A stretch of 61,770 nucleotides of DNA, taken from a virus. Lineage: Duplodnaviria; Caudoviricetes. A program made the translations under genes and the position numbers. The stretch covers positions 1 to 61,770 of the IMG/VR virus record IMGVR_UViG_3300023301_000009, one strand, 5' to 3'. The notes beneath the pieces were generated by a model. It searched no databases, was not told the DNA's origin, and saw only the letters and a program-made list of their open reading frames with translations. This document shows positions 31,001-40,007 of the stretch, piece after piece. The first letter of the stretch is position 1. Each line of letters opens with the position of its first letter.

Positions 31001-31821
31001 ACCTCATGTCCGCTGTGCCACGCGTGGCTACTGCTCAACCGCCAGTAGCTAAACGCCACCCCTAACTCTTTGTACAAAGCCAAGTTTGCTTCTCTCGCCG
31101 CGCGGGCCTGTTCAGTCCTGTTGATGCGTTGCAGCGACTTGCCCACGGAGCCGCCGTCAACTCTCGTATGCCCCGGCTTTGGGTCGTGTAACCCCCGGCG
31201 CATGTAGTCCATCGCCTTCGTGGAATCCTCGCCGAGCTTAGACTTGATAACACGGTCGTAGCGCAGCTTCGCCTTCCCCGCTTCTCTTGCTAGCCGATCC
31301 TTAGTTGTAGTCTGCGTTCCGGGGAACGGATTGTTCATCGCATTGTTCGTAGCAGTGGCCGAGAGCTGGGCGAGCTTCGCGTCTGTTTGCTTCGGGATGC
31401 CGAGCTTTGCAAGTACCTCAGACTGTGCCCGCAGGTCTCGTTGGACTGCGAGTGCAATGTTTGACTTCATGGACTCTTGAACCTTCCCCATTGCCCCACG
31501 AATCTGTGTGTTCGCTAGTTGGTCTAACTCTAAGCGTGCCTTGGTTGTAAATTCACCAGACTCGGTGCGCGAGCTTTTATTCTTCTCACGGACCTCTGCT
31601 GAGAACGCTACTGTCCCATCCCTGAAATGCTGTCGTAGTGTGCCCGCCTGTTTATGTGATTGGCGTAACGACGTACCCCTAGCACCACGCATTTCTTCTG
31701 GGCCACGCTGAATCAGCTCTTGGCCAATAGCCGCTTCGTCTACTGTCACTCCACCCACCTTGGCCGCATCAACGGGCGTGCTCGATTCGGGTCGCTCATT
31801 TTCTTCTGGTCTCTCAGCCAA
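28054..31821 (-). CDS. MuF/minor capsid (head morphogenesis) protein fused to SNF2-type SF2 helicase
   Basis: N-terminal RINRTEQARA..YWRLSSSH..C..PHPHCMC; C-terminal GAGLGKT, TPAAL, DEIH, LTGT, YHGG, TRAGSTGVNLQ, FDTPW, QREARNWR; directly after portal. Confidence 0.85.
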   Translation of the reverse strand: MAERPEENERPESSTPVDAAKVGGVTVDEAAIGQELIQRGPEEMRGARGTSLRQSHKQAGTLRQHFRDGTVAFSAEVREKNKSSRTESGEFTTKARLELDQLANTQIRGAMGKVQESMKSNIALAVQRDLRAQSEVLAKLGIPKQTDAKLAQLSATATNNAMNNPFPGTQTTTKDRLAREAGKAKLRYDRVIKSKLGEDSTKAMDYMRRGLHDPKPGHTRVDGGSVGKSLQRINRTEQARAAREANLALYKELGVAFSYWRLSSSHAWHSGHEVCEILASGTGAGVIAKLAEFDVDLSDVDISGMYLVVEYPSLPHPHCMCYQEPWHPPKELSMLILDQLVENRPFPKDTMSSSQVPDNVAASLNAVAGEMGINAQFDRHAASMLGIDGAANLLMAQVEGFDRVRMRGTLQEIKERMLPQIMEGVNKAGEHRDKLEAAVLGESALSSITKATEVANIRMEYARELQQAGTNAALLQSLENHIGGERKPMHSNSATTKEELGQFMLANGFPPESGAYKILKDKGKYIVEMDPQATSTWPLKKHAKRNDLLRRIKADEIAISPLGMQDHIEAWQPETDDPTGGFKIAMHVEQQSGIKFIEEAKQSLLHFGAGLGKTPTIIGAVSDLHAKGEIDAGCISTPAALRNQMVQEIMQFNEKGKIVLYTSASSRVDVERDIREKVRDVVMENVPFVRGEDGEKLPDRSRLPEAYADTIEAEIATRLTRVTVKGFQDDVVAMERNYAEDRRDGALFTIISHDDLAASAAQAKDTFDFMAIDEIHQMTSASPTGGSAKAEGLQKLVGGRLKYRVGLTGTAAKNNMGEFWDISNWLNPGQFPPKDEFTKQYDNITLNSNVFGESMVAQLRREMDTYTFTRASPLDKRLNNPFRDYHPDGTKRSDAEKAKYLRELTMTPKQKERAAQIEGEFTGFKMRQLKMDAEAKVKLRSQRTDDEASLRAYFQEFPELEKVLYDTDIDPNKFRPTGMRSRKMKRAIKYRDRIEGVKNTFNPESWRNNQHHKNIHGGDWKTNAKAQEVVRLLDNELKDKKPIIHLERIGSKNMLRAALESKGLVVGEYHGGMSDAEKSTAKQKFNSGEYDTLLVTRAGSTGVNLQKKSTGTIHFDTPWTFAEFAQREARNWRTKQKKDVDSYVLTNVDSNTDRRRLELMQQKGMILSALDEVVKVEDRMSPLTLLDTQKRKEFTTYSEIKAKRSKVEAESLLKAITKELALNEEIITATVNTHAPAVALMSEESRENKFGTNRE

Positions 31822-31861
31822 AGCTACTCCACGTCATGCTAATATATATTTCGGTCTCGGC

Positions 31862-33400
31862 TTACGCCAAGTCTCGCTGTGCAGCGATGGAACGCTTCTC
31901 GCCTTGCACGGTCGGCTCAGGCCGGGTCGGGTTTGGGTTGCCACCCCGATTTGCTTGTTCTTTATCTGGCATCAGCTCTTGCCCGATATTCATCTCAAGC
32001 TGCGCACGTCGCACAAGCTCCTCCTCGCCTACCTTCATGGTGCGCGTAACCTCGGCCTGCGACTTGCCCATGTTCTCCATTTCTTCTTCCCGTGTACTCA
32101 GCCCAAGATCCAGACGCTTGCCCGCCTTCTCCAGCTCCATAAGCTCATCGCGTGGAAGTGGGTCGGGGAACGTGACCTGCGTTCTATAGCGATTCTCTTT
32201 TGGCAGCTTCACCATCTTACGTCTGAACGTAGTGTTCATTAAGGCTTCAAACTTGAGCATGAGCCTGTTCACTTTGCACAGCCCAATCCCATAGGTCAAG
32301 ATTTTCAGGTTCCGTCTCTCATACATAGGCAAGAAGCGCATCGCGAGCGCGACCGCAGATTCCTTACCTCCCCCGCCCATCGCCGCTGGCGGCACGTCGC
32401 CTATTTCGTGCAAATGGTCACGCAGCCTATCGAGGTACGTCAGTGACGTTCCAAGTTCGCCATCTAGTGCTAGGTTCTCGACCGAGGAGTCCATAGGCAT
32501 TGTCCACATGCGGTTAGCGCCGCGTTCGACCTGCCCCAGCTTTGCCCCTTTAACAATCGTGACTGGGCTGCCCTGATAATTGATCACATCGGACACGTCC
32601 GTCATTTTCTCGTTGTACTCGCGGTTCAGCTCCTCCACCAATTCAATATCGCTATCACCATAATGACTCGTTCCGCTGGGGACGTTCGGTACATGTACTA
32701 ACGGAATCTCGCCTAGCACGTTCTTTCGCTCAGTGAGTTCGTTACCGTCCCAGATAAGCACCTTGTCGGGATACCAAGTTTCAATAACAAGCTGGACGAC
32801 CTTGTTCCCCTTCTTGGCCGAGCCTGCTCGCGTTGGCGCGTCTTTATACTCAGGGTACACAATAGTCACGTTCTCCATCTTGGAATTCGGATTCCCCGCT
32901 GGTCCCGAGAACACTGGAAACACCTGCTTGGAATGCAGGATCTCAGCTTTTGGGTATGAGACTGCTGCCGTGTCGTCGTCCTCCTCCCAAGAGACCCGCA
33001 CAAACAAGTCTCCCGTCACGCTCCCCATCTGTCCTGCTTTCCACGCCCATAAGTTCTTATCGTTTAGTGACCAAATGCGTTCGAGCTTCTGTCGGACAAA
33101 CTCGCGCTCGGCTTCCTCGTTCACATCTGTGCTTGGGTCATCGGGAACCACGAGCTTGAACCCCTTACCAAACGTGAAGTTCGTGTGCTTGTTCGCAAAC
33201 TTCTTGCAATAGTTCACCGTCACGACCGGATCGTCTGTCGGAGTCGCGTAGGTCCAGTGCTTACCCTCATAGAAATTCCAGTGCTTCTTATATCTGCGCA
33301 GCCGAATCCGATGCTCCTCTTCTAGCTCCGTCGCAATAGACATCGCAGAGTGGCGAGTTTTCTCAGTTGGAAAATCTCTAAACAGTTCCATTAAACCCAC
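31862..33400 (-). CDS. portal protein (SPP1 gp6-like)
   Basis: WNFYEGKHW..VNYCKKF..GEIPLVHVPN..YGDSDI..LNREYN; position after terminase. Confidence 0.9.
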   Translation of the reverse strand: MGLMELFRDFPTEKTRHSAMSIATELEEEHRIRLRRYKKHWNFYEGKHWTYATPTDDPVVTVNYCKKFANKHTNFTFGKGFKLVVPDDPSTDVNEEAEREFVRQKLERIWSLNDKNLWAWKAGQMGSVTGDLFVRVSWEEDDDTAAVSYPKAEILHSKQVFPVFSGPAGNPNSKMENVTIVYPEYKDAPTRAGSAKKGNKVVQLVIETWYPDKVLIWDGNELTERKNVLGEIPLVHVPNVPSGTSHYGDSDIELVEELNREYNEKMTDVSDVINYQGSPVTIVKGAKLGQVERGANRMWTMPMDSSVENLALDGELGTSLTYLDRLRDHLHEIGDVPPAAMGGGGKESAVALAMRFLPMYERRNLKILTYGIGLCKVNRLMLKFEALMNTTFRRKMVKLPKENRYRTQVTFPDPLPRDELMELEKAGKRLDLGLSTREEEMENMGKSQAEVTRTMKVGEEELVRRAQLEMNIGQELMPDKEQANRGGNPNPTRPEPTVQGEKRSIAAQRDLA

Positions 33401-33402
33401 GG

Positions 33403-33591
33403 TCAGCTCCTAGTCCCTTGGTTCTTTCTACCCGCGCTAATCCGGGCACGGTACAAAATACCCTCTCGGTAGGTAGCATTAAACGAACCCTTTGCCGATT
33501 GGCTGCCATCATGAAAATACTTGACTAGGGTCTTGACCTGCTCGGTCCCTGCCATATCAAGTTTTGTCGGTTTGTCAATAACTTTGGTCAT
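33403..33591 (-). CDS. small hypothetical protein
   Basis: Coupled to the terminase stop; alternative start ATG 33554. Confidence 0.45.
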   Translation of the reverse strand: MTKVIDKPTKLDMAGTEQVKTLVKYFHDGSQSAKGSFNATYREGILYRARISAGRKNQGTRS

Positions 33592-35408
33592 TTTACCCTG
33601 TTCTTAAATGATGGGCGGCGCGACTGCGTGTTGTTGACAAGTCTCTCACGTCCGTACCTTTTGGCATCCTCAGTAGCACTGCGGTCGTAAAATGGGTTGT
33701 CTGCCGATTCGACTCTGTACTCACCAGTGCCATTGACGAGCCAGCATAGCATCATCCACGAATCTGGGTAATCGTCCTTTGCAGTCGAGTTACCAAATTT
33801 GAGCCTATTGCCCTTGTGGTTGGACGGCGCTTCGACAACCATGTGCTTTCCTTTCCAGATCTTTACAAGTTCGGTCGTCTGTTGCACGAACCGTTTCCAC
33901 TTGCGCATACGCTGTGCCCCGGCCCCCGCCGGGTACGTGATTCGCTCCTTTGTAACCTCCTGCTTGAGCAGCTTATATCCACGATGCTTTGAGACCCGGC
34001 TGAAATTGAACGGACGAACGCGGACCTCGCCTTCTATCCCGTGCTCCGGTGCGCCATATTGCAGGTCGTATCTCATTCGATCGTAGATCGGTTCACCCCG
34101 CCCGGTCGAATCGACAATGACCTGTGACACGCTATAGTTTCCCAGAAAATCTAGTATTTGTGGGTACTGCACCTCATGATCGTCGCCGTGAATCTCCAGC
34201 CAGTTCACAACGTGCAGATAATATCGCTGGTCGCCTGAGTATGCTATCGGATTGTCCCACCACACCCGGCCAATCGTGACAACGGTCGAATCTTTGCTCC
34301 GTCCAAAGTCAATGGAGGCTACCTGATCCCGTGTTGTCCTGTCATGTGTAGCTGGGTAGTCTGGTCTCACGAACGTGGTGCGCACGATGTTGGCACCGTC
34401 ATAAACTTTCGCCTTGAGCTTGTCGCGGTTCACGATACCAAGGCTGTCCAACTGCTCGGGTGCAATAAACTGCGAACGCTCTATAAGCCAGTGAAGCCTG
34501 TACGCCATGCGAAATTCGTCAGAGTCGTACCCAAGCCGCTCAATCTCTTTCTTAACATAGCGGTTGTATTTCGGGTTCGCCTTTGCTGCCGCGTGGTAGT
34601 CAAATCGGAAGTGTCGCTGTAGCTGGTGCGTCTCTTTCTCAAGGTCATGCTTCCTACCTCGTGCGCAGGCGTCGTAAAAATCATTCCTGTGCGGGTTCGG
34701 TGTACCAATCTTCACGATGGTACCGTTGGTTGCAGCCAACATAGGATGAATCGACTTTTTGAGTTTGTAGTTCGATATATCCTGCGTCTCCTCGCACAAT
34801 ACTAGATGGTATGTCTTGCCCTCGATATTCGTTTGTGGCCCCGCTGAGTTACAATCGACAAAAGAACCATTGCGCAGTCTGAGAATTTTGGAACCAAACC
34901 CCGGCTCCATGTCAATCTCAGGATCTCGAAGCGTATCGCGCATTTGCTCCGATGACATGCGCATTGCCATACGGCGGTGCATGATTCCAGACTGCTCGTA
35001 GGTCGGCGCGAAAATACCTACCCACAGCCCATCCTTGAACTGGGAGATCCGCGAATCCTCTTTAATCCCGTCGATGGTCGCTAGAATTGGGAGGATGACC
35101 TCACACCCGCACACTATGTTCGCGACTGTCTCAGTCTTACCCGCTTGCCTACTGAACAATGCTGTAATCTCGTCGCCGTCGTTGAGTAGAATGGACTGTA
35201 TAACCCGCAGGCCAAACTGTGCCTGAAATGGGAATAGCTTAACTCCAGTCGACGCTTCGCAGAAGGCGAATACCTTGTCCGCGATATCCAACACCTCCTC
35301 GCGTGTCAGTATAAGATTCTCTTCCAGCGCGTAGCCTTCTGTGGCATCGTTCTGCTCATCCCAGGTTTCGATGCTGTGTGCGTCTGGCTCTTGGTAAAAC
35401 TCTGTCAC
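33588..35408 (-). CDS. terL: terminase large subunit
   Basis: Walker A SRQAGKT, Walker B LVLCEETQ, GTP coupling motif, nuclease SIDFGRSKD..VDSTGRGEP..KDDYPDS. Confidence 0.92.
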   Translation of the reverse strand: MTEFYQEPDAHSIETWDEQNDATEGYALEENLILTREEVLDIADKVFAFCEASTGVKLFPFQAQFGLRVIQSILLNDGDEITALFSRQAGKTETVANIVCGCEVILPILATIDGIKEDSRISQFKDGLWVGIFAPTYEQSGIMHRRMAMRMSSEQMRDTLRDPEIDMEPGFGSKILRLRNGSFVDCNSAGPQTNIEGKTYHLVLCEETQDISNYKLKKSIHPMLAATNGTIVKIGTPNPHRNDFYDACARGRKHDLEKETHQLQRHFRFDYHAAAKANPKYNRYVKKEIERLGYDSDEFRMAYRLHWLIERSQFIAPEQLDSLGIVNRDKLKAKVYDGANIVRTTFVRPDYPATHDRTTRDQVASIDFGRSKDSTVVTIGRVWWDNPIAYSGDQRYYLHVVNWLEIHGDDHEVQYPQILDFLGNYSVSQVIVDSTGRGEPIYDRMRYDLQYGAPEHGIEGEVRVRPFNFSRVSKHRGYKLLKQEVTKERITYPAGAGAQRMRKWKRFVQQTTELVKIWKGKHMVVEAPSNHKGNRLKFGNSTAKDDYPDSWMMLCWLVNGTGEYRVESADNPFYDRSATEDAKRYGRERLVNNTQSRRPSFKNRVK

Positions 35409-35499
35409 TTGCTACTCCAAAGTAAGTTGGCTTCGGGCCACAGTAGCGGACGAGCACTACTTGGGCAAACTTGCTGGGGACTGTAGCACAGCCAAGCAC

Positions 35500-35532
35500 A
35501 GCAAAGGGCACATGCTTTCACACGCGCCCTTG
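35500..35532 (-). terminator. hairpin upstream of terL (terminator or leader structure)
   Basis: AAGGGCGCGTG-TGAAAG-CATGTGCCCTT-TG. Confidence 0.45.
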
Positions 35533-35546
35533 GTTATATCTGTTTG

Positions 35547-35768
35547 TCAATCCAACGTAATAATCCCAGACTTACAACCTTCGTCTGTAGACTCAATCCT
35601 AATCCCGTTCACTTCAATCGCCCAGCCCATCACAGTACCTGTGCCATTGCAGTCCCATTCAGAACAGGAGAACGATTCTCCACATGGCAGCTCGTACAAA
35701 CCAGTCCCCCGACAGGCGGGGCAAGTTACGTCTTGGACTCCTCCGAATATACACTTCTCAACGACCAC
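35547..35768 (-). CDS. small Zn-finger protein (CxxCxGxG)
   Basis: CPACRGTG..CSEWDCNGTG. Confidence 0.55.
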   Translation of the reverse strand: MVVEKCIFGGVQDVTCPACRGTGLYELPCGESFSCSEWDCNGTGTVMGWAIEVNGIRIESTDEGCKSGIITLD

Positions 35769-35814
35769 TTGTAACTCCTTACTTATCCAAGGCGCCCTTG
35801 GTTATACCTGTTTG

Positions 35815-36057
35815 TCAATCCAGTGCAATAATCTCGGACTCGTAACCTTGGCGGCTGGCGTCCGCCTTTGTGCGTTCCGCGCAATCTGGGCATAGCCTGT
35901 GAATTGACATCTCGCTGTAGTCTGCCTTCGTGTCGTAGTAGATGATCACGCGCTTGGTGGCTTCGCTGCTGGAGCACTGCGGCTTGAGTACGCCGAAGCC
36001 TTGGGTGCTTGAGTTGTCGCAAACGCGTTGTCTAAGCGAACGTCGGTGGTGATGCAC
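35815..36057 (-). CDS. small Cys-rich hypothetical protein
   Basis: SD GGAGGA; LCPDC motif. Confidence 0.55.
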   Translation of the reverse strand: MHHHRRSLRQRVCDNSSTQGFGVLKPQCSSSEATKRVIIYYDTKADYSEMSIHRLCPDCAERTKADASRQGYESEIIALD

Positions 36058-36130
36058 GGGTTCCTCCGTATGGTTGGGGTATGGGGTAGTGCCCCAGTAT
36101 GAACTGAGGCACTGTGGTTGTGCGGCGTTC

Positions 36131-36373
36131 TTATCTCTCGTCTTCGTACACCTGTGACATCAGCGTGTGGAATACGCCGCTGGGGATCTGGGCGACGAAC
36201 CGTATAATCATATCAAAGGGTATGAACAATTTCGCGATGCCGTCTGAGTTATGCCGCTCAACGATCAGCCAAGTGCCCTCCTGCTTTACATGCAAGAAAT
36301 ACTTTGTCTTACCCACTCGCGATTTTACCTTCACGTCTTTGAGCACTTCGGCTACGCCTTTTGAATGCTTCAT
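36131..36373 (-). CDS. hypothetical protein
   Basis: SD AAGGAGGG, coupled start. Confidence 0.6.
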   Translation of the reverse strand: MKHSKGVAEVLKDVKVKSRVGKTKYFLHVKQEGTWLIVERHNSDGIAKLFIPFDMIIRFVAQIPSGVFHTLMSQVYEDER

Positions 36374-36693
36374 GTGTCCCTCCTTGTGTTTTGTAGGTTA
36401 AGCGCGGCAACCATCGCCTCTTCTGCTTGATACATGGTCCTAAAATCGGCCATACGCCCGGCCCATCTCGTGAGCGCTCCTGAGTCATGTGGCGTAACGA
36501 CAATACTTAGATCATGACAGGTGGACTCTTTAGGTAGGTGTTCGTAATACCGCACGCTCCTCCCTGTTGCTTGCTCGAACCAAGCACCCTCAGACGTAAA
36601 TACTACGTCTTTGCGCGAGTGTGTAAATCCGACCACCTTATGCACGCGGGCAGAACCTACGGTCCTGTACCGTTTCCCTATTTCGAGAATCAT
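36370..36693 (-). CDS. hypothetical protein
   Basis: Start MILEIGK at 36693 overlaps the upstream stop; SD GGAGGA. Confidence 0.55.
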   Translation of the reverse strand: MILEIGKRYRTVGSARVHKVVGFTHSRKDVVFTSEGAWFEQATGRSVRYYEHLPKESTCHDLSIVVTPHDSGALTRWAGRMADFRTMYQAEEAMVAALNLQNTRRDT

Positions 36694-37061
36694 GCTTCCT
36701 CCTTTGTAGGCCCGCCTTCCATCCCGTAAACCGTCACGATATTTGCTGGGGCACCGAATGGGCCAATTTGCAAACGCCATAGCGGCTTGCTCACGATTCC
36801 AGCTTGGTACAGAATTTCCGACCAGCCCTCGTATTCCGAGTAATTCCGAATCATGCACTCGTATGGTCCCACCTCAACAAGTGACTTGTGCCGGGGGGTC
36901 ATCGTCGGCATCGAGTACAGGATACCATCACTGCCTTGGACCAGTAACGCTATGGGCGATAGTGCCTCGGGGTCTTGAAACTGTGTTGCATAAACAAACA
37001 GCTCCTCGCCTTTATACTGAAACTTGCCAATCATCTCTGCTAACTGCTTTTCATGTTCCAT
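36690..37061 (-). CDS. conserved phage protein (DUF4313-like)
   Basis: IRNYSEYEG....L..AGIV motif. Confidence 0.5.
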   Translation of the reverse strand: MEHEKQLAEMIGKFQYKGEELFVYATQFQDPEALSPIALLVQGSDGILYSMPTMTPRHKSLVEVGPYECMIRNYSEYEGWSEILYQAGIVSKPLWRLQIGPFGAPANIVTVYGMEGGPTKEEA

Positions 37062-37096
37062 GTGCTACTCCTTTAGTTGTCTGAATGCTTGGTCTG

Positions 37097-37468
37097 TTAC
37101 TCATTGTCGTCGGCCAGCGATCGTATCTTCACCAGTCCTCGCGTGTTGGTTGTCGTAAAGCCAGAACCCAGCTCGTATTGTGCGGCCTTGTGAATCGCTT
37201 CGAGCTTTGCCTCCAGCATGTCAATTGTTGCAAGTGCGGCTGGCAGTGCCTCCCTCGCACCCGCGACGAATTTACAGAACGTCTCCGTATGGCCATCAAT
37301 GAACGTCCCCCAACCGAAGGGAGAATCGTCATTGCCGACGCACCATTCCTCATCATCGAGCATATCGTCACATCCCCCAATCCCCGGTCGCGCCTCCCAT
37401 GGCCCCCTCGGTACGCCCGCGCATAGTTCCTTTGCTTGCTCTCTTCCCTTCTTCGTCAGTGTCTTCAT
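37097..37468 (-). CDS. hypothetical protein (Ead/Ea22-like features)
   Basis: PRGPW..FVAGAREALPAALATIDMLEA. Confidence 0.55.
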   Translation of the reverse strand: MKTLTKKGREQAKELCAGVPRGPWEARPGIGGCDDMLDDEEWCVGNDDSPFGWGTFIDGHTETFCKFVAGAREALPAALATIDMLEAKLEAIHKAAQYELGSGFTTTNTRGLVKIRSLADDNE

Positions 37469-37507
37469 TTTGTCTCCTTTTGGAGCGTTGTTTGTGAATT
37501 GCTACCC

Positions 37508-37714
37508 TTAGTGCTTCTTCGTCAGGTCATCGAAGAACTCCTTACTTTTGGTTTTACTGTATGCCAGCGCCTCCTCCCAAGTATCAGCTTCAAATACCTC
37601 CTCAACGACAAGCCCCTCCTCCTCGTGCATAGATGTTAAGGGTTCAACTCCCTGCTCGTGCATTGCGCTAGGGTATCCCGAAATGGGATCTTTCCACCGT
37701 ATGTACGTCACCAT
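37508..37714 (-). CDS. hypothetical protein
   Basis: SD AGGAGGA before MVTYIRW. Confidence 0.55.
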   Translation of the reverse strand: MVTYIRWKDPISGYPSAMHEQGVEPLTSMHEEEGLVVEEVFEADTWEEALAYSKTKSKEFFDDLTKKH

Positions 37715-37745
37715 GTTTCTCCTCCTATGCTGAGCGCACACTTCC

Positions 37746-37991
37746 TTAGAAGTACAGCCCTAGCTTATTGCGCTTATTGCGCTTCTTTTGTATTTCCAAA
37801 ATATGCTTCGCCTTTTCCAGCGAGACACTAATACTCAGAAGCAGCAAGGCTCGCTCCGCTTCCAACGCGTCGATGGTGTCGAGGGCGCGCGCCATCTCAC
37901 CGGAATTAAATGTATGCGCGAAGAGATCAATATTGGGGCGGGCTGTAAACTCTCGCCACTCTTCGCGCTCTTCTTTCGTCAAAATACTCAT
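37746..37991 (-). CDS. hypothetical protein
   Basis: SD AAGGAG; resembles 37097-37468. Confidence 0.55.
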   Translation of the reverse strand: MSILTKEEREEWREFTARPNIDLFAHTFNSGEMARALDTIDALEAERALLLLSISVSLEKAKHILEIQKKRNKRNKLGLYF

Positions 37992-37996
37992 AGATT

Positions 37997-38209
37997 CTAC
38001 TCCTTCATTCTAGCTAAAAAATAGTGCATAGTTTCCTCAATGCAGTCGTCACATGAGGCAAATGTCTCAGATACTGCCTTGCTACGCAGCGTTACAAAAT
38101 GCGTGGCAGGCGGTGCTTTGCCATCCTTGCACAGAACACACCTGTGGTACTTCGTAAAAAGAAACTTGCCGTTTCTTATTGGCTCAACTTTGATTGTGAA
38201 CTCTTTCAT
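37997..38209 (-). CDS. small Zn-finger protein
   Basis: CVLC..CDDC; SD AAGGAG. Confidence 0.6.
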   Translation of the reverse strand: MKEFTIKVEPIRNGKFLFTKYHRCVLCKDGKAPPATHFVTLRSKAVSETFASCDDCIEETMHYFLARMKE

Positions 38210-38225
38210 ATCAACTCCTTTAGTA

Positions 38226-38327
38226 TTACTTTCCCCAAGTGCCTGTTGCCCATGCGGCGAAGCCGTACATTGTCAGTGCTGTTAGTGCACAGGTTATACT
38301 CAATATAAACAAGTGTTCCCAACTCAT
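38226..38327 (-). CDS. 33-aa single-pass membrane peptide (not in ORF track)
   Basis: SD GGAGGAAGG; MSWEHLFILSITCALTALTMYGFAAWATGTWGK fills the gap. Confidence 0.55.
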   Translation of the reverse strand: MSWEHLFILSITCALTALTMYGFAAWATGTWGK

Positions 38328-38342
38328 CCTTCCTCCTTTGGT

Positions 38343-39287
38343 TTACAGTTCTCGGTATTTCATATCGGCCAACGCCGCATTCAGGTCGTGCACGCAGTCC
38401 TGCATTTTCTGCTGCGTCCCCCGAACGCCTGTGCTCACCACCCCCGGCAGTCCTAAGATACTGGCCACCGCTTTCCGTGCGTGACTCGCCGCCTCCTCCA
38501 GACCTTCGACCTGTTCGTACAGTGCGCTGTCGGTCACGGGCTTTTCCCCCGTCATGTCGTGGTGGATTGTCTCGGCGAGCCGGATTCTCGCGCTTAGCTT
38601 CGGGTTCGCCAATCGTGTTCGCTTAAACCCGTACGGGTCTTCTTCGTGGAGAAGCACAAGGTTCGCGTAGCTTTGCGCCATATTGAACACCGCCCTTGTG
38701 TGCAGGTCCGTTTGCCCACGCTTCTTTCCCTCCTTATACCGCCGGTGCCACTCATCGAACCCCGACGCGTTCTGGAACATCGCCTCCTGCGTTTCGGGCA
38801 CAGCCTCGATGGCGCGCAAAAACGAATGCTTGTGCCCCTCAGATGCGACTGTAAGCAAGTACCGTGAACTGCGGCTCATCAACGCACCGCACATATTCCA
38901 GTATTCATCCGTCAACTCTTGTACTCGAATCGCCACCTCTTCGTTTGTCATGCTCCGTATACGTCGGGTCAGCAGCGCCTCCTTGAGCGTGTCCGCCACT
39001 TCGTGACCGAGCTTCCCGAATTCGCCTAACGTGTAAATCGTTTCGTTGACCCACGCCCAGACTCCATACTCATTGTGGAACCACGTCCCTGCTCGGCCCT
39101 CGGAATCCAGCGTGCTCAGTATCACCGCCTTTCTCTCCACCTCCACCAGCGAGTTCAGAAAATCCGCAGGTTCCAACCCTTCCAGCCGTCCTCCGGTCCC
39201 CCACTTATCGAACGCGCTCTTGGCAACGTGCTGGAGGAATGTCGGTGTCGATTCAACGGCCAATGCTTTCAATATTTCTTTGTACAT
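38343..39287 (-). CDS. hypothetical protein
   Basis: 314 aa, SD AAGGAG. Confidence 0.7.
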   Translation of the reverse strand: MYKEILKALAVESTPTFLQHVAKSAFDKWGTGGRLEGLEPADFLNSLVEVERKAVILSTLDSEGRAGTWFHNEYGVWAWVNETIYTLGEFGKLGHEVADTLKEALLTRRIRSMTNEEVAIRVQELTDEYWNMCGALMSRSSRYLLTVASEGHKHSFLRAIEAVPETQEAMFQNASGFDEWHRRYKEGKKRGQTDLHTRAVFNMAQSYANLVLLHEEDPYGFKRTRLANPKLSARIRLAETIHHDMTGEKPVTDSALYEQVEGLEEAASHARKAVASILGLPGVVSTGVRGTQQKMQDCVHDLNAALADMKYREL

Positions 39288-39383
39288 CTGCTACTCCTTC
39301 TCAATGTGGGACCGTTTAGACCCCGTTGGGAGCTTTGGCCAAATTACCAGCCAAAACCCGCGTTTAGTATAGAAATAACAACC

Positions 39384-40007
39384 CTATTTTCGCTCGATCA
39401 CCTCCATATCCTTAAAGCGTATATCCAGATTCGCCCACGCCCCCGTAAGGCGTATTACGCCCTCGGGGAACGCTTCGAGCAACTGCTTACGGTACTCGTC
39501 TTTGTAGTAGCGCGCCGTTCGGCCCCGCCCCCCGAGTACGCGTGACTCAATCTCCACCTTGTCCTCCACATGCACCTGCCAAAGCAGCTTGAGCACGTCG
39601 CCGGTCTTAACCAGCTCCCACCACGCTTTCGCGTAATCGTGCAACCCTTCCTCGGAGCAGCACCACGTAAACGCGCCCCAATCCAGATACAGCGAACAGA
39701 TTGGCACGCGTCCCTTCACCATCGCGGCACTGGCGCACGATGATATCTCCCAGAGCTCACGCGGCTCCAACTCCTTGTACTCCGCCAACTCGTAAATCTT
39801 GAGCCAGTCTGCCCCGTCGCGCCCGTCGCGCCCCCATGTCAGCCTCGGATGGTAGTGAATCATTTTCTTCAGCAATCCCACCTCAACGACCTGTGCATTG
39901 GTAGCAATCTCAATTACGTTCGTGTCTAATTTTCGCTGTCCAGTCATCTCACTACTCCATGTGCTTGTTTCGTTAATGCTTCCCAATCGTTTCTTACTCA
40001 GTCCCAC
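39384..40007 (-). CDS. hypothetical protein
   Basis: 207 aa in operon context. Confidence 0.65.
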   Translation of the reverse strand: MGLSKKRLGSINETSTWSSEMTGQRKLDTNVIEIATNAQVVEVGLLKKMIHYHPRLTWGRDGRDGADWLKIYELAEYKELEPRELWEISSCASAAMVKGRVPICSLYLDWGAFTWCCSEEGLHDYAKAWWELVKTGDVLKLLWQVHVEDKVEIESRVLGGRGRTARYYKDEYRKQLLEAFPEGVIRLTGAWANLDIRFKDMEVIERK

